Notes: a model not told the origin generated them from the letters alone. A stretch of 64,000 bases of DNA from an uncultured Candidatus Peribacteria bacterium (GCA_964640945.1 CAZXIV010000002.1:368-64367), one strand, 5' to 3'; positions 34,614 through 43,623 are shown, counted from the stretch's first letter. Program-made: numbers and translations.

Positions 34614-35011
34614 GCGCTAACCGGCTCTGAGGACTTCAGACCGGAGTAAGCGACCTGCGTGGCAACGGTGGCGGACGCCAGGGTGACGACTAAGAAAGCG
34701 GGAATAGCGACTAGTAGCGAAAACTCGCTCTTCCAGGGAGGTGCCACCCCGACCAAGATGGAGAAACAGACAGCGAACACCAGCGCCAACGTAAAGTAGG
34801 CAGTAACGGGCTGACCGACAAAGCGGCCGATAAGGAAGAGCGGCAGGATGCCGACAATGTTCAAAAAGCCGACGACGAAGATATGGCCACCAATCCCAAA
34901 CGGCACAAAGGAGAAGCCAACCAGATCCATACCAAGATCGAACAACCAGGAAACCAACGCCCCCACGAGAGCAGCCAGGAAACCAGCGACGATGCAACGG
35001 AGGAAGAACAT
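34610..35011 (-). CDS. small polytopic membrane protein, hypothetical
   Basis: 133 aa with about 4 TM helices. 4-nt overlap with the downstream methyltransferase gene. Confidence 0.5.
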   Translation of the reverse strand: MFFLRCIVAGFLAALVGALVSWLFDLGMDLVGFSFVPFGIGGHIFVVGFLNIVGILPLFLIGRFVGQPVTAYFTLALVFAVCFSILVGVAPPWKSEFSLLVAIPAFLVVTLASATVATQVAYSGLKSSEPVSA

Positions 35012-35171
35012 CGGGGGTAATGCTACCGTAGTTCCCAGAGAAAAGGAGCGGAGAACGCTTGCTCAAAGCCTTAAACAGGAGTGCAATAAATAGCAAATCG
35101 GCATTCGCCTCCTCCTTACCGTCTCCTCAGCGACCAACGGTAAGAGTCTGGGACTCCCTCCGTCTTGTGCT

Positions 35172-35672
35172 ATGCCCCACCACTCCGACCAACCACTGCT
35201 TGATGCGTACGACGCGTACGCGGACGCCATCTTCCGACACTGCCTGTTTCGTGTCCGGGACCGTGATCGTGCAAAAGAGCTGATGCAAGACACGTTCCTT
35301 CGCGCTCTAGAAGCGCACCGAAAGGGAAGTGAAATCCAAAATATGCGCGCCTTCCTCTATCGCATCGCCCACAACTTGATTATCGACACCTATCGCCGTG
35401 ACCATGGCGATAAATCGCTCGAGGAACTCGAAGAAACGGTGGGCTTCGACCCGCCGGACGAATCGCAGAATCCCGCCCGCGACTTTGCCGGCAGTGAAGT
35501 CTTAGAAAAGCTCCAAGGTGTGGAAGAGCCGTACCGCTCGGCTGTGGTCATGCGCTACGTCGATGGTCTCGATCCGCGTGATATCGCCGAAACACTCGGC
35601 ATCAGCGCCAACGTTGTCTCTGTCCGTATCCACCGAGGATTGAAGCGCCTTGGATTACTCCTTAAAGCCTAA
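35172..35672 (+). CDS. ECF-subfamily RNA polymerase sigma factor
   Basis: 166 aa. Region 2 'AKELMQDTFLRALEA...FLYRIAHNLIIDTYR' and region 4 'YRSAVVMRYVDGLDPRDIAETLGISANVVSVRIHRGLKRL'. Confidence 0.85.
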   Translation: MPHHSDQPLLDAYDAYADAIFRHCLFRVRDRDRAKELMQDTFLRALEAHRKGSEIQNMRAFLYRIAHNLIIDTYRRDHGDKSLEELEETVGFDPPDESQNPARDFAGSEVLEKLQGVEEPYRSAVVMRYVDGLDPRDIAETLGISANVVSVRIHRGLKRLGLLLKA

Positions 35673-35679
35673 TACGTCG

Positions 35680-36792
35680 ATGACCCCCTTCGAAGACGCC
35701 CTCATCGCGGCCACGAAAGATACTGCTCTCACTCCAGGTGAGAAGGCCGCTGGGCGTATGACGCTCATTGCCGCCATCGGCCTCCACGGTATCGAAACCA
35801 ACCGCCTCCGACTCAGTGAGGCTGAGCACAACGAAGGTTGTGCCGTTTTACAGGACGCCATTGCAGGCAGCCCGACGCGCGGACCCATCATGCAGCGCGT
35901 GCACAACTTCTTACGCCTGCCCGCCATCGCCATGGGCCTCGTCCTCTCCACCGGTCTGGCTGTAGCTGCCAACAACACCATCCCCGGCGATTCTCTCTAC
36001 AGTATGAAGATCAGCGTGATCGAGCCCATTATCGCCGTCATCCAGCCCACTTCGAGGCTGCGCGCCGCTTGGGAAGTCAACCTCCTCAACCGCCGTCTCT
36101 GGGAACTTGATGAGATCAGCGCCCGCCGAGAAGCCAACGAAGAGACTGCCCGCAATCTGGAATTCATCGAAAACCAGTTAAAAGAGCAGGCGGTCCGCAT
36201 CCTGGATGTGACGGGCGCTCTGCCGGACGAAAGCAGCAAGGCAGAGCTACGGAAACAAGCCCAGGACGCAATCAACGCCCATACCGAGGCGTTGCGACGC
36301 ACCTTGGTCGAAAAGGCCAACGACGGCCGCCGCCTGCCGCTGGAATCGGTGCTCACCATCTTGGAAGAGAACGGCCGCTCGCTCACGGGCGAGCCTGGGG
36401 TCTCTTCCTCGTCGTCCAGCCGCCCGCCAATCGTCCCTGGCTCCGAAACGGGCGACAAGCAGCCCGACCGCGGCGAGATCCGCGTCACCGTTCCCCTGCC
36501 GTCGCACATCACCATCACCACCGATCCCATCTCGTCGAAGCCCATCAAGATCGAGATCTCATCGCCCAACTCGTCGTCGCAGACATCGTCCTCTAGCGCG
36601 CACGCGGCGGCCACGAGTAGTCGTTCAGCCCCCACTTCTTCTTCCTCCGGCGCCTCGGTTTCCTCCACTTCCAGCGTCACCTCCGTGACGTCCTCAAGTG
36701 ATCCGGCCAGCAGCAGATCAACTGCCCCAATTGTGCCTATACCGTCGGTTCCTGAGGTTTTTCCTCCCACCGGGACAAGTCCGATTTTGTAA
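35680..36792 (+). CDS. DUF5667-like membrane protein, putative anti-sigma factor partner
   Basis: Start at ATG 35680. A single TM ('LPAIAMGLVLSTGLAVAA') followed by 'PGDSLYSMKISVIEPI', a helical region and a long Ser-rich tail. Lies immediately after the ECF sigma gene. Confidence 0.55.
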   Translation: MTPFEDALIAATKDTALTPGEKAAGRMTLIAAIGLHGIETNRLRLSEAEHNEGCAVLQDAIAGSPTRGPIMQRVHNFLRLPAIAMGLVLSTGLAVAANNTIPGDSLYSMKISVIEPIIAVIQPTSRLRAAWEVNLLNRRLWELDEISARREANEETARNLEFIENQLKEQAVRILDVTGALPDESSKAELRKQAQDAINAHTEALRRTLVEKANDGRRLPLESVLTILEENGRSLTGEPGVSSSSSSRPPIVPGSETGDKQPDRGEIRVTVPLPSHITITTDPISSKPIKIEISSPNSSSQTSSSSAHAAATSSRSAPTSSSSGASVSSTSSVTSVTSSSDPASSRSTAPIVPIPSVPEVFPPTGTSPIL

Positions 36793-36832
36793 GAAAAAAC
36801 GTAAGACCATTAAGGGTCGATCGTCTTCTACT

Positions 36833-36866
36833 ACGTGCCCCGAAAGGCGCACGTTTTATTTTTTAC
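36833..36866 (+). terminator. rho-independent terminator
   Basis: ACGTGCCCCGAAAGGCGCACGT followed by TTTTATTTTTT. Confidence 0.75.
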
Positions 36867-36877
36867 TCCCCGCGACT

Positions 36878-37432
36878 ATGAACCTCGCTACCCGTCTCAT
36901 GTCCGGCGCTGTCATCGCCTCTACCGCCTTCGCGGCGGTCCCCGCCTCGGCGCTCAGTCTCGATGTTTTCAGCTCATCCCACCCCTCAAGCCAAGCTCAC
37001 GACAGCTCGGCCAACGCCGCCGCTTCCGCCCGAGTCCAGGCGAAGACCGACCGCGATAGCCTCCGGGCCGAGAGCTCCCTCCGCGGTAATATCTTGACTC
37101 AGGGCAGAGCCAATGGTCGCCGCCTCGGTTGGTTGAAAGACCTGAAGAACGATTGGAAGAAAAACTGGCAGGACAGCTGGCGCAGCGGCACCGGCAGCAC
37201 CATGACCGGCAGCGGCCGCGTGATTGTGGCCCATGAGGCCAACATCAACACTTCCCTCCAGGCCGCCGCCACCCTCTCCGCTCGCCTCTCCCACCAGATT
37301 TGCAAACTCATGGGTGAAGAAGGCACGTCCTTCTCGACTTGCATGAATAGCCGCAAAGAGAAGATCAAAATGTCCTTTAACGCCATGATCGACGCGGCCT
37401 TCACGGCCTCCGTCTCGACTGAGAACGACTAA
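36878..37432 (+). CDS. secreted hypothetical protein
   Basis: Start at ATG 36878 ('MNLATRLMSGAVIASTAFAAVPASA' signal peptide), inside track ORF 36698..37432. Confidence 0.55.
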   Translation: MNLATRLMSGAVIASTAFAAVPASALSLDVFSSSHPSSQAHDSSANAAASARVQAKTDRDSLRAESSLRGNILTQGRANGRRLGWLKDLKNDWKKNWQDSWRSGTGSTMTGSGRVIVAHEANINTSLQAAATLSARLSHQICKLMGEEGTSFSTCMNSRKEKIKMSFNAMIDAAFTASVSTEND

Positions 37433-37474
37433 CCGCACCCAATCTGTTCTTTCCCTAGCGTGAGGTACAGAAAC

Positions 37475-37504
37475 GCCCCAGGCCCTGCGTCTGGGGCTTT
37501 CTGT
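37475..37504. terminator. bidirectional terminator hairpin
   Basis: GCCCCAG-loop-CTGGGGC with U-rich flanks in both orientations. The outer arms extend to a stem of about 14 bp (37467-37504). Confidence 0.6.
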
Positions 37505-37520
37505 ATACCAAGGAGAACGC

Positions 37521-37688
37521 TCACTCCTCCATTATCAGATCTTCTTTCTTCTTCGTTTTCCAGAGCTCCGCCGCTTCTGCCAGCAGCTTGGCCTGAGGGA
37601 GCTTCTTTACCTTGGGCACGCCGCCGTTCCCCTTGATCACCTCAGGAAGGCAGTCGCGCACGAGCTTGTTGTAGACGGTGATAGCCAT
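37521..37688 (-). pseudogene. truncated MazG-like NTP pyrophosphohydrolase fragment (55 codons, below ORF-track cutoff)
   Basis: 'MAITVYNKLVRDCLPEVIKGNGG...' matches the N-terminal 'YNKLVRDKIPEII..NG' of small MazG/PRA-PH-like proteins. It stops before the EExxE metal-binding helices would occur. Confidence 0.35.
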
Positions 37689-38014
37689 ACGACGGAGTCC
37701 ACCGCTGGTCCGGAGGCACGGTCACTTCTTCTTTTTCTTCTTACTCAGGGCCTCGATAAGCATATCTGGCACGGGCAACGCCACTTCGCGTACCGCCCAG
37801 CCAAAGAGATCGAGGAGCTGGCCGGCGAGAGGTTCGGACTTCTTTTTAGGTGGGAGAGGTTTTTTCGTGGGCATATCAGTGGAGACGCAGGAGGACCGAG
37901 AACCTTTCTAGGACCGTACTGTACCAAAGGATCCAAAGAAATAGTGGCCCCGTAAGGAATGCTCTCGCGAAACGTCCGTGGCTGTATCGGATTCTGTTTT
38001 CTCCCCCATTTTTT

Positions 38015-38164
38015 ATGGCCGTTATCGCCCCCTTCATCGTTTTACTCATCGTAGGAATCATCTTCAACTACATCCCTATGGATGGCCGTCTGAAGCAGGT
38101 AGGGAACCTCATCATCGGTATTGTCGCGATTGTCATGCTCCTACGCTTCGCTGGCATCTTCTAA
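38015..38164 (+). CDS. small 2-TM membrane protein (Thivi_2564-like)
   Basis: 49 aa from ATG 38015 inside track ORF 37850..38164. 'FIVLLIVGIIFNYIPMDGRLKQVGNLIIGIVAIVMLLRFAGIF' resembles a widespread small membrane-protein family. Confidence 0.5.
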   Translation: MAVIAPFIVLLIVGIIFNYIPMDGRLKQVGNLIIGIVAIVMLLRFAGIF

Positions 38165-38255
38165 AAAACGACCTCTCTCACCCTTATGCTCCTGAAAGGC
38201 AGGTCGAAGTGCTCTCGTGCGTAGACCATGAGCGAGCGCCGTAGCACGAGTCGAG

Positions 38256-38330
38256 TGGCAGCCCCACGGGGAATCGAACCCCGATTACAGGAATGAAAAT
38301 CCTGTGTCCTAGCCGTTAGACGATGGGGCC
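38256..38330 (-). tRNA. tRNA-Glu (anticodon UUC), CCA encoded
   Basis: Minus strand GGCCCCATCGTCTAACGGCTAGGACACAGGATTTTCATTCCTGTAATCGGGGTTCGATTCCCCGTGGGGCTGCCA folds as a cloverleaf. It has a 7-bp acceptor stem, the anticodon arm CAGGA-TTTTCAT-TCCTG and the T-arm CGGGG-TTCGATT-CCCCG. Confidence 0.9.
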
Positions 38331-38418
38331 ACTGAAGGAAAGAACCCGCCTTCGCCACCGGGCTTCGGCGGGCAGGCGCCGGGCGAGTATAGCAAGCCCT
38401 CCCGGGCCTACAATGTGC

Positions 38419-39771
38419 TTAATTGGGATCAAAGAGGGATTCTGGCAGTTCTTGCCCCGCTAACAGCTGGGCGATGCGATGCCCGCCGTAGATGGACGGC
38501 AGAATGCCGACACCGTTGCAGCCCAAGTTATAGAGTAATACGCGGTTCTTCGGCTCGTAGCCGATGCGGCGAACGCCGGTGGGGGTGTAGCCCATCAGGC
38601 CATGCCAAAGAAAGTCACGCTTGGCCTTGGGATCAAACTCGCGGTAGACGCCCACCAGCGCCCGCTCCAATTCTTCTTCAAGATCAGCCGGGAAGGCCGA
38701 CGTCGCCTCATAGGTAGCGCCCGCTGGCAGCAATCGCTCCGGGCCGCCGATGCAGAGCAGCGACGACTTGGCACCTCCGCGCTCGTAGGGCCGCCGCGTG
38801 AGGTAGTGATAGGCATCGGCGGCGTTGTCGCCCCGCACATAGCTGACGGCCAGGGCCGGCGCCTGCCGCGGCTCCAGGTAGCCCGCCATGTAACCGATCA
38901 CACCCTGTACCTCGGCATGGAAGCGCGGGTCCACCGGATCGCCGTAGAGGTTCGTCAGCCGGAAATTCTCGAAGCCGTTGGTACAGAGCACAACGCGCTT
39001 CGTGCGGATCATCGGACCGGTAGTGAACAAGTCGGCATCTTCGGCGCGCAGCACGGCCTCCACGAGTGGCAGCTTCTCCACTACTGTCAGGCGGTCGCCG
39101 TGGCGCTTCAGCATGGCCGCCACCAGGCGCTCGCAGAAAAGAGCGCTGTTGAGACAGGCCTTAGGTTCGCTGTCGGCGGCCAAAAAACTCGTGTCCTCAG
39201 TCGTCAGGGCTCGCAGCACGGTCGAACGCGGCACCGTGAGTGCGTGCGTCAGGAGCTTCTGAGGAATCTCCTGGTGGAGCTTGGCATCCAGCGCGATGAG
39301 CAACGGCTCTTGCGTGAGTCCGTGACGGGCACGCAGCGCCTTGTCTTCCAATCGGCGCAGAATCTGCGGCAGCGTACTCCAACCCGAGTGACCGAGGCTC
39401 CGGTGAAGATCCCCCATCAGGCCGTACTCGCTCAGAATGTCATCGAGCAAGCCCCAAGCCGACTCAATCTGCGTCTGAGCGGCGATAGCTTTTTCTTCGC
39501 CATACGCGGCCGCCAGGTCGGGCAATTGGCGCTCGAAGTAGCTCACCACCTGGCCGGCGTTGTGGCCGGTGGCGCCGTGGGCCAAGCGCCCAGCCTCGAG
39601 CAGCAGCACTTTGGCGGTCGTACGCTTCAGGAGAAAATGCGCGGTGGCGATGCCGGCAATGCCGCCGCCCACGATGGCGATATCGGTTTCGGTTTCGGCC
39701 TCCAGACGAAAGTGGGGACGATCCTGCTCGAGCTGGTCGAGCCACGGCGAACGAACCGGAGCAGCAGCCAT
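38419..39771 (-). CDS. FAD-dependent oxidoreductase (DAO family)
   Basis: Start at ATG 39771, just after the upstream stop. 'DIAIVGGGIAGIATAHFL' dinucleotide fold and 'LGCNGVGILPS' near the C-terminus. Confidence 0.75.
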   Translation of the reverse strand: MAAAPVRSPWLDQLEQDRPHFRLEAETETDIAIVGGGIAGIATAHFLLKRTTAKVLLLEAGRLAHGATGHNAGQVVSYFERQLPDLAAAYGEEKAIAAQTQIESAWGLLDDILSEYGLMGDLHRSLGHSGWSTLPQILRRLEDKALRARHGLTQEPLLIALDAKLHQEIPQKLLTHALTVPRSTVLRALTTEDTSFLAADSEPKACLNSALFCERLVAAMLKRHGDRLTVVEKLPLVEAVLRAEDADLFTTGPMIRTKRVVLCTNGFENFRLTNLYGDPVDPRFHAEVQGVIGYMAGYLEPRQAPALAVSYVRGDNAADAYHYLTRRPYERGGAKSSLLCIGGPERLLPAGATYEATSAFPADLEEELERALVGVYREFDPKAKRDFLWHGLMGYTPTGVRRIGYEPKNRVLLYNLGCNGVGILPSIYGGHRIAQLLAGQELPESLFDPN

Positions 39772-39772
39772 A

Positions 39773-40237
39773 TCAGCGATCGGCGGTAAAAGCGCGGCCC
39801 GTGCGCTCGGTGATCTGAATCCGGAAGATCGTGCCGTGCCCCTGCCCCACAATGGGTAGCGACCGGGAGGCATCAAACTCTACTTTTACCCCCACCGACT
39901 GCTGTACCACACCCAGACGCGCCACCAGGCCCGCCAAACTCTCCAGTAGCTCCGGCGCGAGCGGGGCCGACAGGTCAACCTCCTCAAACTTTCCCCAGCA
40001 CACCACGCTCTCCCAACCGTCGGAGCCAAGCGCCTGCACCTGGAAACAAACGTCGGGATGCTGGCGGAGAATCTCCGTCTTCTTCCCTTCCATCGTCTGG
40101 CCGTAGAGCACGCCGTCGCGGTGGTAGTACGCTAAGGGGATAATGTACGGCCGGCCGCCACTTTGGCAGGCCAGATGGCCCGTGACCTGGCTCTCTAAAA
40201 GCGCGTCCATCTCGGCGGCGGTGAGTTCTCGTTGCAT
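39773..40237 (-). CDS. pyridoxamine 5'-phosphate oxidase family (flavin-binding split-barrel) protein
   Basis: 154 aa. 'MDALLESQVTGHLAC.SGGRPYIIPLAYYHRDGVLYGQT..GKK' is typical of PNPOx-like/NimA-like proteins. Confidence 0.7.
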   Translation of the reverse strand: MQRELTAAEMDALLESQVTGHLACQSGGRPYIIPLAYYHRDGVLYGQTMEGKKTEILRQHPDVCFQVQALGSDGWESVVCWGKFEEVDLSAPLAPELLESLAGLVARLGVVQQSVGVKVEFDASRSLPIVGQGHGTIFRIQITERTGRAFTADR

Positions 40238-40270
40238 GGCTACACTCTAACTGTCGGCGAGCGCGCGCAC

Positions 40271-40296
40271 AAAAAAGGGCGGCCTTGCGGCCGCCC
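40271..40296 (-). terminator. rho-independent terminator (minus sense)
   Basis: GGGCGGCC-TTGC-GGCCGCCC. The plus-strand A-run 40271-40276 gives a U-tract on the minus strand. Confidence 0.75.
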
Positions 40297-40309
40297 CCTT
40301 CAAGCCTCA

Positions 40310-40420
40310 TTAGGCGGGCTTCTTCTGATCGCCGCCGAACTGCGGCTTCTTCTCGTCACCACCGAACTTGGGCTTCTTCTCATCGTCGAGAAGAGGCTGC
40401 TTCTTGTCGTTACCGACCAT
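40310..40420 (-). CDS. small Lys-rich repeat peptide, 36 aa (speculative)
   Basis: ATG 40420 gives MVGNDKKQPLLDDEKKPKFGGDEKKPQFGGDQKKPA, with three KKP-containing repeats and a strong terminator directly after. There is no SD, and track ORF 40310..40537 extends it to 75 aa from a TTG. Confidence 0.3.
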   Translation of the reverse strand: MVGNDKKQPLLDDEKKPKFGGDEKKPQFGGDQKKPA

Positions 40421-40698
40421 ACAAAGAGGGGGGAAGAAGTAAGCCTCCTCATGGTATCCGGACGGCGTCCAGTGTCGATCTTCCAAAATTGACGAGGGGT
40501 GGAAAACCGACAATCTTTCTTGGCTTAGGAAAGCCAAAGTCAGCCCCTGCCCTGGGCGGGCCTACGGCACTTGCGTAGGGCTCGCGAAGAGTATGGAAAG
40601 AACAATCTAAAAAAACTGTCAATCTGGGCCTCGCGCAGAGCAAAAAACCGCGGAAAGCGGGAAACGATGTGGCTTCTATAAGCCAAGAACATTGATTT

Positions 40699-41553
40699 TT
40701 AGACTGCTCGCGGCGGCGGGAAGAGCTTTTCGCGTTGTATCCAAAGAGCACTCAATAAGATGCCTCCAAAGAAAATGAGACGGAGTGCGCCCAGCGCGTC
40801 GGGCGAAAGTGGGAGAAGGCGTAAACTCTCTTTAAGAACAATGAGCACTGTCGTCGCAATCGCCACGCCCACTGTGCTACCCGGTCCGCCGGCAACGGTC
40901 ATCATCACGATCAAGATCATAAAGGGAAACGTATAATCGTTCGGGTGCAACAGACGAACATACGGCGGATAAAGAGCTGCCGTCAGCCAGGCACCCGCGC
41001 CAGCCAGCCCGAAGGCGATGGTCGTGACGCGAAAACGGTTGATACCAAGGGCCTCCGCATGTTGCGGCTGCTGCGCCAGCGCCGCCAACGCGCGCCCGAA
41101 GGCGGAGCGTTCTAAGTGCAGGATGAGTACCAGCCAAGCCACAGCCACACCCGCACAGAGCCAGGCGTAGCCCATCGTCGAATCGATGCCGAACGGTCGC
41201 GCAATGCCTGAGATACCAAGCGCCCCGCGGGTGAGTGACATCGAGTTGAGCACTAGGGCGAGCAGGATGAGGTGTAGGGCGATGCTGAGGATGGCGAAGG
41301 CATCCGCCGGCAGACGCACGGCCAGTCGGGCCAAGAAGAGAGAAAAGAGGGCGATCACCAGCAGGCTGAAAGGGATGGTGAGCCAGACGCTCCAGCCGTA
41401 GTAGAGCGGCAAGAAGAGCGAATAAGAGGCGAGCAGGGCCGTGCCTTCTTGGCCGAAGTGGAGAATTTTCCCGCGCCCGAAGACGAGGTTGTAGCCCAGC
41501 ACGATCGGCAGCATGTAGCCGATATTCACGACGATGTGCCAGAAGAAATCCAT
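40699..41553 (-). CDS. livM: branched-chain amino acid ABC transporter permease (LivM type)
   Basis: Start at ATG 41553 ('MDFFWHIVVNIGYMLPIVLGYNLVFGRGKILHFGQEG'), 1 nt after the livH stop. Confidence 0.8.
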   Translation of the reverse strand: MDFFWHIVVNIGYMLPIVLGYNLVFGRGKILHFGQEGTALLASYSLFLPLYYGWSVWLTIPFSLLVIALFSLFLARLAVRLPADAFAILSIALHLILLALVLNSMSLTRGALGISGIARPFGIDSTMGYAWLCAGVAVAWLVLILHLERSAFGRALAALAQQPQHAEALGINRFRVTTIAFGLAGAGAWLTAALYPPYVRLLHPNDYTFPFMILIVMMTVAGGPGSTVGVAIATTVLIVLKESLRLLPLSPDALGALRLIFFGGILLSALWIQREKLFPPPRAV

Positions 41554-41554
41554 C

Positions 41555-42430
41555 TTAGGCGGTGCGGGAAGGAGTGGCGAACAGGCCCGTGGGTTTGAAG
41601 AGCAGGAAGACGATGATAGAGAGGAGCGCGACACTGAACTGGTAGCCCGGCGACAGGTAGCCGACGAGCGGCCACTGGATGCCCACCACCAGCTGCTCAA
41701 GCAGGGCAATGAAATAGGCCGCCAGGATGGCCCCCCAGAAGTTGCCGCGTCCGCCCACGATGACAGCCGCATAGGCCTTGATAGTGAGGGCGAAAGCGAG
41801 CGTGGGCGTGAGCGTCTGGTCGAAGCCGATGAAGAGCCCGCCGCCGGCCGCCAGGACGCCGCTCACCACGAAGATCCAGGCGTGCAGCGCACTAGCCGGA
41901 ATGCCGAGACTCATTGCCGCTTGCGGATGCTGCACCACCGCCCGCAAACGACGCCCCAAGGCCGTAGAATGGAGCACCCACGCAAACACCGCCAGGCCTA
42001 CGAACGTCAGGCTGCAGAGCAAAACATGGTGCCAGCCGAAGCGCGCACCCAAGAAGAGGAATGAGGACTTCACGCCGCTGAGGAGCGTGACGGGCTGTTC
42101 GCCGAACACGAGCAAGATGACGCCATCGAGCACCATCCCCCAGCCGATGGTGGTGACGATGGGAAGGAAGCGATGGCGCCGGTAGAACGGTTTGACGACA
42201 AGTAGGAAGGTGAGCCAGGAGAGTAAAGCGCCGCCGCCGATGCCGCCGAGAATGGCCAGGGGCAGCGGCACGCCCAGTTGCAACAAACGCCAGCAGAGGT
42301 AGCCGCCGATGAGGGCCATCTGGCCAAGCGCCAAATTAAAGACATCGAGAATGCCGTAGACCAACGCTAAGCCGCCGGCCATGAGAGCCAGCAGCGAGCC
42401 AGCGATGAGGGCATTGACGATCAGCTGCAC
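41555..42430 (-). CDS. livH: branched-chain amino acid ABC transporter permease (LivH type)
   Basis: 291 aa. 'MQLIVNALIAGSLLALMAGGLALVYGILDVFNLALGQM' is a typical LivH N-terminus. Confidence 0.85.
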   Translation of the reverse strand: MQLIVNALIAGSLLALMAGGLALVYGILDVFNLALGQMALIGGYLCWRLLQLGVPLPLAILGGIGGGALLSWLTFLLVVKPFYRRHRFLPIVTTIGWGMVLDGVILLVFGEQPVTLLSGVKSSFLFLGARFGWHHVLLCSLTFVGLAVFAWVLHSTALGRRLRAVVQHPQAAMSLGIPASALHAWIFVVSGVLAAGGGLFIGFDQTLTPTLAFALTIKAYAAVIVGGRGNFWGAILAAYFIALLEQLVVGIQWPLVGYLSPGYQFSVALLSIIVFLLFKPTGLFATPSRTA

Positions 42431-42498
42431 GGCGACATTCTAGCCGAAAACGGCGGCCGCCCGGGAGGACGACCGCCGCGACGGGTAGAGGGACGAAA

Positions 42499-43623
42499 TT
42501 ACAGGGCGATATTCTTCACAAACACTGCCTTGCCCGCCTCAAATTTCTTCAGGATGAACGGCACCCCCACGACGTCGCCGTTCTGGTCGAAGTGCCAGTC
42601 GCCGATAACGCCCTGGTAGGACGTCATGGCGGTCAGGCCGTCACGCAGGGCCGTGCCGTCCGTAGCGCCCTTCGTGAGCACCGAGAAGACAGCGCCCGCA
42701 GCGTCATAGGCATGCGCAGCAAAAGCGATGCCCGACTTGGCCGCCCCGAAGGCGGCGACGAAATCCTGCTCAAAGTCTGTCCCCTGACCGGCGGTGGGAA
42801 CGGTCACCAGCTCCATGGCTTCGACTGCCTCCTTGGCATTGCCACCGAGAGTGGCGGAGTCGGCCACTTCGTGCGAGAAGATCGGCTGCTTGAAACCGAG
42901 ATCGCGGAACTGCTGGACCATGGGCGTCATCACACCATCGCCGTTAGCGTTGACGTAGAAGACGTCGAATTCTTGACCCTGCAGGCGGCTGAGCACCGAG
43001 CGGAAATCCTTGGTGCCCGGATCGACAACCTCATCGAAGATGAGCGCACCCGCCGGCAAATCGGTCTTGAGGTGGCTGCGCACGCCCTGGCAGAAGTCGG
43101 TATTTTCACTGAGGACGGCCACCTTCTGGTACCCCTTCTCCGCAAATACCTGCGCCGTCGCAATCGTCTTAAGCGCGTCGCTGGGGTAGTTGCGGAAGAT
43201 GTACGAACCAGCGTTCGTGATATCGGGATTGCTGGAACCAGGCGAGATCACCGGGACCTTGGCAGCCTCGGCGATGGGCGCGATAGCCAGCGTCTCCGAA
43301 CTACAGAGACCGCCGATGATGGCGATGACGTGGTCCACATTGATGAGCTTCTGGGCGGCTGCAGCCGCGTCGGCGCCGTTACAGCGACCGTCCTCGGCGA
43401 TGAGCTGCACCTGCTTACCATTGATGCCGCCCTTGGCGTTCCATTGGTCGACCGCAAGCTGGGCGCCGTGGAGCAAATCGACACCGAGCGAGGCGGTGTC
43501 ACCGGTGAGCGGGCCAACGAAACCGAGCTTGATGACGTCTCCGGTCGGAGTCGGAGTAGTGGCGGACGAGCAAGCGGCAAGTGTCATGGCCGCGAGCAGT
43601 CCCAGAGCGAGAGAGCGCCTCAT
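42499..43623 (-). CDS. ABC transporter substrate-binding lipoprotein (LivK/type 1 periplasmic binding fold)
   Basis: Start at ATG 43623. 'MRRSLALGLLAAMTLAACSS' lipobox, then 'IKLGFVGPLTGDTASLGVDLLHGAQLAVDQWNAKGGINGKQVQL'. Confidence 0.8.
   Translation of the reverse strand: MRRSLALGLLAAMTLAACSSATTPTPTGDVIKLGFVGPLTGDTASLGVDLLHGAQLAVDQWNAKGGINGKQVQLIAEDGRCNGADAAAAAQKLINVDHVIAIIGGLCSSETLAIAPIAEAAKVPVISPGSSNPDITNAGSYIFRNYPSDALKTIATAQVFAEKGYQKVAVLSENTDFCQGVRSHLKTDLPAGALIFDEVVDPGTKDFRSVLSRLQGQEFDVFYVNANGDGVMTPMVQQFRDLGFKQPIFSHEVADSATLGGNAKEAVEAMELVTVPTAGQGTDFEQDFVAAFGAAKSGIAFAAHAYDAAGAVFSVLTKGATDGTALRDGLTAMTSYQGVIGDWHFDQNGDVVGVPFILKKFEAGKAVFVKNIAL

Noticed and set aside
38602-39789. 395-aa plus-strand ORF
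   Set aside because: Antisense to the FAD-dependent oxidoreductase, which has a clear dinucleotide-binding motif. The translation is Arg/Gln/His-rich and looks non-coding.
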